A DNA stretch of 64,000 nt from an uncultured Chthonomonadales bacterium (lineage in GTDB: Bacteria > Armatimonadota > Chthonomonadetes > Chthonomonadales > CAJBBX01). Shown here piece by piece: positions 55,105 through 61,053 of this stretch (positions are counted from its first letter, which is position 1; every line of letters starts with the position of its first letter). The notes beneath the pieces are model-generated. The model was not told the origin of the DNA and ran no database searches. It saw only the letters and a list, made by a program, of their open reading frames with translations. The position numbers and the translations under genes are program-made. The stretch is taken from positions 33,895 through 97,894 of the forward strand of contig CALLMM010000005.1 of the NCBI GenBank assembly GCA_938005745.1, read 5' to 3'.

Positions 55105-58100
55105 ACCTGTCTTCCTAGCTGATGTGATTGAGGTACGCAGCCGTTTCCAGCGTTCTGTACACCTGGAGCGAGACTACAACACCTGCGCAGATGGTTATCA
55201 TCCCACTGAGTCAGCTCTTCAAGCGCTGCGAGCCGTAGACCGCGCTCTGGGCTATCCGACAGATCGGGCAATGACCCTGATCGGGCCCTATGGCGCGGGG
55301 AAGAGCGCCTTTTGCGTTCAACTTGCGCATCTGCTGGAGCATCGCACGTTCCAGCCCTGGCTGCAGGCGGCAGGTTCGCTAAATGGCAGCCTGGCACGAC
55401 TCTTTCAGAGTGACGATCGCGCACTCATCCCAATACTCCTCGTCGGTTCGCGCCAATCGCTGGCGTCAAGTTTGACAGCAGCGCTTACGCAGGGACTGCA
55501 GCGCCGCAGTCATGTTCGGCTGCTGGAACATCTGAAGAGAGAGTCGGAGGCGTTAAGATGTCCTGCGCCTTCCCCGCGTCAGACGGCAGATCTATATCAT
55601 ATGGCGGCATCTCATGCGGTGCTAGAGGGAGCGTACGGAGTTGTCTTGATCGTTGATGAGATGGGCAAATTCCTTGAGCATGCGGCGTTGCATCCACAAG
55701 AGGGCGACATCTTCGTACTTCAGGAACTGGCGGAAGCAGCGGCGAGAAGCGGTGAACATCCCCTCATTGTGATGACGGTTTTGCATCAGAGTGCAGAAGC
55801 CTATGCTCAGAAGTTAGGTCGCACATTCCAGGCAGAGTGGTCGAAAATCGGCGAACGTTTCCGACAGATCGCATTTTTCCCTTCCGATATGGAGAGGATC
55901 GAAATGGTCGGGCTCGCCTTAAAACAGAACAACGACCTGCATCGCGACGCGATCGTAGAACGTCTGAGCCTGCTATGTGTAGAACGGAAATTGACGCCAC
56001 CGGGTTTGGAGGAACGGTTTCCTGCGCTCGCCTGTGCCGCCTACCCCCTGCACCCAGTCTCGCTGCTGACACTTCCGGCGCTCTTTCGCAAGATCGGGCA
56101 GAGTCACCGCAGCCTCTTTGCTTTCCTGTCCGGTGATGAACCGCACGCGCTCGGTCGTTTTCTTCGCGAAACGCCCTATGTATCAGACAGCCCTCCCCTC
56201 TATATGCCGGACTCAGTCTTTGATTATGCGGCGGAGGCGCTTCGAGGCTCTTGGAACGCCCCGGGAGCTGCGCGGTTATGGGCGGAAGCGGTAGACACAG
56301 TAGACCGTGCCTTCGACCTCCCGGAACTTCCAAGGCGAGTTCTGAAGGTGATTGCTCTGCTGGGGATCCTCAAAGACCCGCGTCTGACCCCCTCTCAGAG
56401 TACTCTGGAGTGCGCGTTGACAACCGGTAGCGGCGAATACCCTGACATTTCTGATGCGCTTTTGGAGCTTCAGGAACGCCGACTCATCGTCTACAGCCGC
56501 ACGTACAACACCTACCGACTGTGGGAAGGCGGGGATGTGGATATCGAGGCAGAGATGGCGGCTGCACGCGCCGCGCTGCCGGCAGGAATCTCCCTGCACG
56601 TCGCCTCAAACCTGTGTCCGCCGCCCAAACTGATTGCACGCAGACACTCCTACGAGACCGGTACCGTTCGCGCCGTCACGTCGGTCCCCTGCGGAGTGAT
56701 GGATTTGAAAAAAACGGCTGCGGAGCATTCTTCTCAGCTAACCGTGTTGTTGTGTCTGGTGACTTCGCAGGAGGAGGTGGAGCAGGCAGAAACGACTGCA
56801 CGATCCTGTGATCAGTCGCAGACACTTATCGCCATTGCTCGCGAGACCGATACCTTGCGAGAGGCGGCGCAGGAGATTGCAGCTGCACAACGTGTTGCAC
56901 AAGAGACCCCTGGACTCGCCTCTGACCGTGCTGCGCGCCGTGAACTGGCTACGCGACGACAAGAGGCGGAGACGGCGTTCCGTCAGGAGTGGAACCGTCT
57001 CTTCATGCCGGATCAAAAAGCGCGCAGTGAAACGTCGTGGTTTTACCAGCGCCAGCGAATAGAGATAGTAGGTACGCGGAAATTCTCGGCGCATCTGTCC
57101 CGCATGGCAGATCTAACCTTTCCAGACGCCCCGCGTCTACGCAATGAGCTGATCAACCGCCAGACTCTCTCTTCGGCGGCGGCGGCAGGACGCAGAGAGC
57201 TGATCGAGGCGATGCTGACTCATTCAGCAGAGCAACGTCTCGGCATTCGGGGCTTTCCCCCCTCTGCTAGTATGTACGAGTGTCTGTTACGGGCAACAGG
57301 GATCCATCAGGAGGTGGCGCCAGGACGATGGGGTTTCGCATCTCCCTCCAGAGCTCCCCTGTCAGACCCTGCGCGTCTGCTCCCATGCTGGCAAGCGTTA
57401 GAGAGGATGATCTTCCGTGAGCCTCCAGAGCCGCGACCGCTGCGAGAGGTCTATGCCGCGCTCAGTGCGCCTCCGTATGGCATCACTGCCGGGGTAATGC
57501 CGGTACTGTTGTGCGCTTTCCTTCTGGCTCACCCGGACGAGACGACCCTCTACCGGGAGGACACATTCATCGCGGAACCTACTACTGCGGACTGGGAGGT
57601 GCTGCTTCGACGACCGGAGCTTTTTGCCGTTGCCGGATGCCGGGTGAGCGGCGATCGGGCGGCGGTCGTGCAGCGTCTGGCGCGGGGGTTGAAGTGCGCG
57701 CCGGCGCTCGTGCCCGTTGTCCGTGCGCTGTTACGTATGGTTCGCAGTCTGCCTGAGCACTCCTGGAAGACACGGCGCCTGCCCGAGCATGTGTTGGCGT
57801 TGCGCGATGCGATGCAGCGCGCCCGATCCCCCGAAAGCCTGCTGTTTCGCGATCTGCCCGCCGCTTTGGGCATCATCGTGCTCTCTGGTCAGGAGGTAGA
57901 CGACGCACATGTAGAGGAGTTCTTTCGGGCGCTGAACGCCGCCCTGCAGCAATGGAGCCGCGCTACCCCGGATGTAGTTGCTCAGGCGCGTGACGCCCTG
58001 CTGCTGGCATGCGGACTGAATCCTGGCAGCGCGGGGTTCCACACGCTGCGTGAGCAGGCGGCTGTGATGGAGCCGCAGGTAATGGACCCGCGACTACTGC

Positions 58101-58465
58101 CCCTTGTTCGACGAGCCGCACAACCGGGTGACGATCAAACGGTACTTGAGAGCGTTCTTGCGCTTGTCGCCGACCGTCCTCCCCGTACCTGGACAGACGC
58201 CGACGCCGACCGCTTCCATGCGCAGACGAAAGCGATCGGGGCAGTTTTCCGGCGGGAATGGATGCGGGCAGAAGAGTTAGCATCCTCATCCTTGTCGCCG
58301 GATGAGGAGACGCATAGCCGGCAGCTACTGGAGAGCCTGCGCCAGTACCTGAGGACACAACCAGCCTATGCACAGATGCCACCCCGCGTTCTGCGCGCTG
58401 CCCTCTCGGCGCTATTGCAGGAGGTGGACCGTAACGAAATGAATGAAGGAGTACAGACCGAGTGA
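55097..58465 (+). CDS. Large P-loop ATPase, SspC / BrxC(PglY) / DUF499-like
   Basis: 1122 aa. Walker A LIGPYGAGKSAF, Walker B VVLIVDEMGKF, downstream YPLHPVSLLTLPALFRKIGQSHRSLFAFL motif typical of BrxC/DUF499-type ATPases. Confidence 0.75.
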   Translation: MDRPVFLADVIEVRSRFQRSVHLERDYNTCADGYHPTESALQALRAVDRALGYPTDRAMTLIGPYGAGKSAFCVQLAHLLEHRTFQPWLQAAGSLNGSLARLFQSDDRALIPILLVGSRQSLASSLTAALTQGLQRRSHVRLLEHLKRESEALRCPAPSPRQTADLYHMAASHAVLEGAYGVVLIVDEMGKFLEHAALHPQEGDIFVLQELAEAAARSGEHPLIVMTVLHQSAEAYAQKLGRTFQAEWSKIGERFRQIAFFPSDMERIEMVGLALKQNNDLHRDAIVERLSLLCVERKLTPPGLEERFPALACAAYPLHPVSLLTLPALFRKIGQSHRSLFAFLSGDEPHALGRFLRETPYVSDSPPLYMPDSVFDYAAEALRGSWNAPGAARLWAEAVDTVDRAFDLPELPRRVLKVIALLGILKDPRLTPSQSTLECALTTGSGEYPDISDALLELQERRLIVYSRTYNTYRLWEGGDVDIEAEMAAARAALPAGISLHVASNLCPPPKLIARRHSYETGTVRAVTSVPCGVMDLKKTAAEHSSQLTVLLCLVTSQEEVEQAETTARSCDQSQTLIAIARETDTLREAAQEIAAAQRVAQETPGLASDRAARRELATRRQEAETAFRQEWNRLFMPDQKARSETSWFYQRQRIEIVGTRKFSAHLSRMADLTFPDAPRLRNELINRQTLSSAAAAGRRELIEAMLTHSAEQRLGIRGFPPSASMYECLLRATGIHQEVAPGRWGFASPSRAPLSDPARLLPCWQALERMIFREPPEPRPLREVYAALSAPPYGITAGVMPVLLCAFLLAHPDETTLYREDTFIAEPTTADWEVLLRRPELFAVAGCRVSGDRAAVVQRLARGLKCAPALVPVVRALLRMVRSLPEHSWKTRRLPEHVLALRDAMQRARSPESLLFRDLPAALGIIVLSGQEVDDAHVEEFFRALNAALQQWSRATPDVVAQARDALLLACGLNPGSAGFHTLREQAAVMEPQVMDPRLLPLVRRAAQPGDDQTVLESVLALVADRPPRTWTDADADRFHAQTKAIGAVFRREWMRAEELASSSLSPDEETHSRQLLESLRQYLRTQPAYAQMPPRVLRAALSALLQEVDRNEMNEGVQTE

Positions 58466-59286
58466 ACACGCCTGAACCGACCTTAGCCAAGCCTGTACGA
58501 CATATCCTCTCCCTCTCCGGAGGAAAAGACAGCACCGCCCTCGCTATCTACATGCGCGACAAAGTGCCACAGATGGAGTATGTGTTCTGTGATACTGGCG
58601 AGGAGATGATAGAGACATATGAATACCTTGATAAATTGGAAGCTTATCTAGGATGTTCGATTACACGCCTGAATCCTGAAAGACCGTTCAATCATTATCT
58701 TGAAATTTATCGCGGTGTTTTACCTGACGCCAGGACAAGATGGTGTACCCGTATGCTCAAAATTAGGCCTTTTGAGAAGTATGTTGGCGACGACCCGGTC
58801 ATCAACTATATCGGGATCCGCGCCGATGAGAACCGCAAAGGGTACCTCTCCAGCAAGCCCAATATTCAGGCGCGCTATCCCTTCATCGAAGACGGCATTC
58901 GTAAAGAGGATGTGATGCGCATTCTGGAGGAGAGCGGACTCGGTCTACCGGACTACTACCGGTGGCGTTCACGTTCGGGATGCTACTTCTGTTTCTTTCA
59001 ACAGAGAATTGAGTGGGTTGGGCTTCTGGAGAATCATCCCGATCTGTTCGAGAAAGCACATATGTATGAGAAATTCGATTTAGCATCAGGAAAGCGTTAT
59101 ACTTGGTGTCAAAAGGAGAGTCTTCGAGAGTTATCGGATCCAGCCAGATTGGCACAAATCAAAGCTGATTATGAGAAACGAATCTCAGACCAGCAACGGT
59201 TCAAAAGCGGTCGTTCGTTAGGGGAAGTTCTGTCTGATGAGGAAGAAGCAGAATTTGAAAGAGCCTGCCTGATTTGTGAATTGTAG
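58462..59286 (+). CDS. PP-loop ATP pyrophosphatase, PAPS-reductase fold (DndC/SspD-like)
   Basis: 274 aa. SLSGGKDS PP-loop. GTG start overlaps the ATPase stop (GTGA). C-terminal cysteines (SGCYFCFF, CLICEL). Markedly AT-richer than the rest of the window. Confidence 0.8.
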   Translation: MNTPEPTLAKPVRHILSLSGGKDSTALAIYMRDKVPQMEYVFCDTGEEMIETYEYLDKLEAYLGCSITRLNPERPFNHYLEIYRGVLPDARTRWCTRMLKIRPFEKYVGDDPVINYIGIRADENRKGYLSSKPNIQARYPFIEDGIRKEDVMRILEESGLGLPDYYRWRSRSGCYFCFFQQRIEWVGLLENHPDLFEKAHMYEKFDLASGKRYTWCQKESLRELSDPARLAQIKADYEKRISDQQRFKSGRSLGEVLSDEEEAEFERACLICEL

Positions 59287-59321
59287 CCTAAATGAGATAT
59301 TAAACCTACCAGGAGAATTAC

Positions 59322-59566
59322 TTGATTTTAGACGATCTAAATAGATTTTGGGCTTCCATAAACAAGCTGAAACGGGGTAGTCAGTCAGGGAGGCTTAAGC
59401 CGCACAAGCTCGCATGCTACTAGCTGTCCTTGACCTCGCGGAAGACGGGTTTATGAAAGAGAATCGGATATATTATGACGAGGCATTGATCGCACGCTTC
59501 AAGCGTAACTTCAGGCTTCTATCCGATAGGTCGGATTGATGTCAACCTGGTCCCCCGTTTTTTCAC
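59322..59566 (+). pseudogene. Disrupted 5' part of the next gene: DNA-reading head domain (PHK..LLLAVLDL / PFFHL..DFWH type) broken by a frameshift and an in-frame TGA
   Basis: AGGAG Shine-Dalgarno, 6 nt, then TTG at 59322 gives LILDDLNRFWASINKLKRGSQSGRLKPHKLA and stops at TAG 59421. The sequence continues in the -1 frame from about 59415 as (M)LLLAVLDLAEDGFMKENRIYYDEALIARFKRNF...SD, then TGA 59537-59539. It continues in the same frame as CQPGPPFFHLRTSDFWHH into track ORF 59567..60574. Confidence 0.6.
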
Positions 59567-60574
59567 TTGCGCACATCGGATTTCTGGCATCACAAGATAA
59601 AACCCGATCGGCTGGAAGAATATTCTATGTTGGACACGAGTGGAGGTGTTTCCAAACGCACAGTTGACAATATCGAGTATGCCTATTTAAGCGACTATGC
59701 TTTTGCCTGCGTCCTAGATCCCGATAGTCGTCAGATTATCCGACAAAACATCATGAACATCAACAAGTTAGCATTAGCTTTCAACGAAACACTTCCCTTC
59801 AGAAGGTCTTCACTCTCACAAGTTTTGAGAAAATACTCTACTGGTGGAAAAATTACATTCGAAAAACTGTGCAATCATACCACACTAGGTACCAGTGAAG
59901 TTAAAGCTGTTCGAAGAATTTCATATGGCACAGGTTTGATTGATCAATATCATCAGATCACTCCCTTTGGAAAGGTTGTTACAGAACACGATCCAAACTT
60001 CAGTCGAGAATCGACCCAATGGCTCCTGCACTATCATATGTGTGCGCCGCACCGTACCGGTCCGGCGTTCTGGCACCATCTGGTAACGACTCAGCTTCAC
60101 CTCGGCGATGAGCTGAGCTCGCGACAGGTCGCGGAGAGTATACGGGAGTTCTCTCTGCAGGCGGGAGAGAAGGAGCTGAAGTTCGAAACCTACCAGCAGG
60201 CGGCGACGATTTTCCTCGGAACCTACAGCAGTCCGGACGGACTGGGAGACCTGGGCATTCTGAAGCGTGGGGAGGGACCGGCGGTCTATAAGGTTACTCA
60301 GCCGGAGCTGCCCGCGCCGGAGGTTGTCGCCTATGTCGTCGCGGACTACTGGGAGGGCGTATGGCCAACTCTGCTGAGCATAGACTTCAGCCAGTTGACC
60401 GGTGCGGAGGGACCGGCGGCGCTCCTTCTGATGAGAAGCGGCGACATGTTCGAGATGCTGCGTAAGATGCAGGCGGATCACCTGATCCTGCTGGAGCGCG
60501 CCACCCGTCCCTGGAAGGTGAAGCGGCTGTGGGGAGATACACATGAGCTTCTCGAGCGGGTCTTCGCACGATAA
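59567..60574 (+). CDS. DUF4007-like protein (paralog of 54136..55104), possibly the surviving part of an interrupted gene
   Basis: Central region LGTSEVKAVRRISYGTGLID...ESTQWLLHYHMCAPHRTGPAFWHHLV parallels LGVGKNMTQSIRHWLLTTRMA...DSTLWLLHWMLTGPGSLAFTWVWAF of the first DUF4007 protein. It lacks the FxGHxTFPFR N-terminal motif. A functional start, if any, could be TTG 59567 or ATG 59627. Confidence 0.55.
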   Translation: MRTSDFWHHKIKPDRLEEYSMLDTSGGVSKRTVDNIEYAYLSDYAFACVLDPDSRQIIRQNIMNINKLALAFNETLPFRRSSLSQVLRKYSTGGKITFEKLCNHTTLGTSEVKAVRRISYGTGLIDQYHQITPFGKVVTEHDPNFSRESTQWLLHYHMCAPHRTGPAFWHHLVTTQLHLGDELSSRQVAESIREFSLQAGEKELKFETYQQAATIFLGTYSSPDGLGDLGILKRGEGPAVYKVTQPELPAPEVVAYVVADYWEGVWPTLLSIDFSQLTGAEGPAALLLMRSGDMFEMLRKMQADHLILLERATRPWKVKRLWGDTHELLERVFAR

Positions 60575-61043
60575 CCTCTCTGCCTCGGAACTGGTGCAGC
60601 GTCTGCGAAGCCGTACCCTGCGCAATCGTACCGGGATCCTGCTTCTGCCCCCAACCGCGCTCCAGCAGATTGAGGACATCGCGGCAAGGCTGGGGATTCA
60701 GTCTGTTGACTACCGAAGGCTGGTACTGCAAAGAGTGCCGCCGGGCTCCCGCTACGCCGGCATTAGTGTTGATGCGGAGCGGCAGACCATTGACGCGCTT
60801 TTAGAGGACACGCTGGGAAAAGACTGCGTTCTGCTCTACTATCTTGACCTGATCCTGGCGCGTCTGGAGTACGCAGAGCGGCAGCGTCTCTGGACTATTC
60901 TATTTCGTGAGACGTCTAACCGAAGCCGCGCCCTCGTGTTGGCAATGCCCGCAACGGCGAAGCATCTGCTGCCCTCAGCAGATGCGCTGTGTGATTGGAA
61001 GAAGGATGCGCGCGTCGCACTTTACGCCTCCGAACGTCCATAA
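60543..61043 (+). CDS. Hypothetical 166-aa protein of the second module
   Basis: ORF only. Overlaps the preceding gene by 32 nt and ends 10 nt before the next ATG. No family recognised. Confidence 0.45.
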   Translation: MSFSSGSSHDNLSASELVQRLRSRTLRNRTGILLLPPTALQQIEDIAARLGIQSVDYRRLVLQRVPPGSRYAGISVDAERQTIDALLEDTLGKDCVLLYYLDLILARLEYAERQRLWTILFRETSNRSRALVLAMPATAKHLLPSADALCDWKKDARVALYASERP

Positions 61044-61053
61044 CATCCCTATC

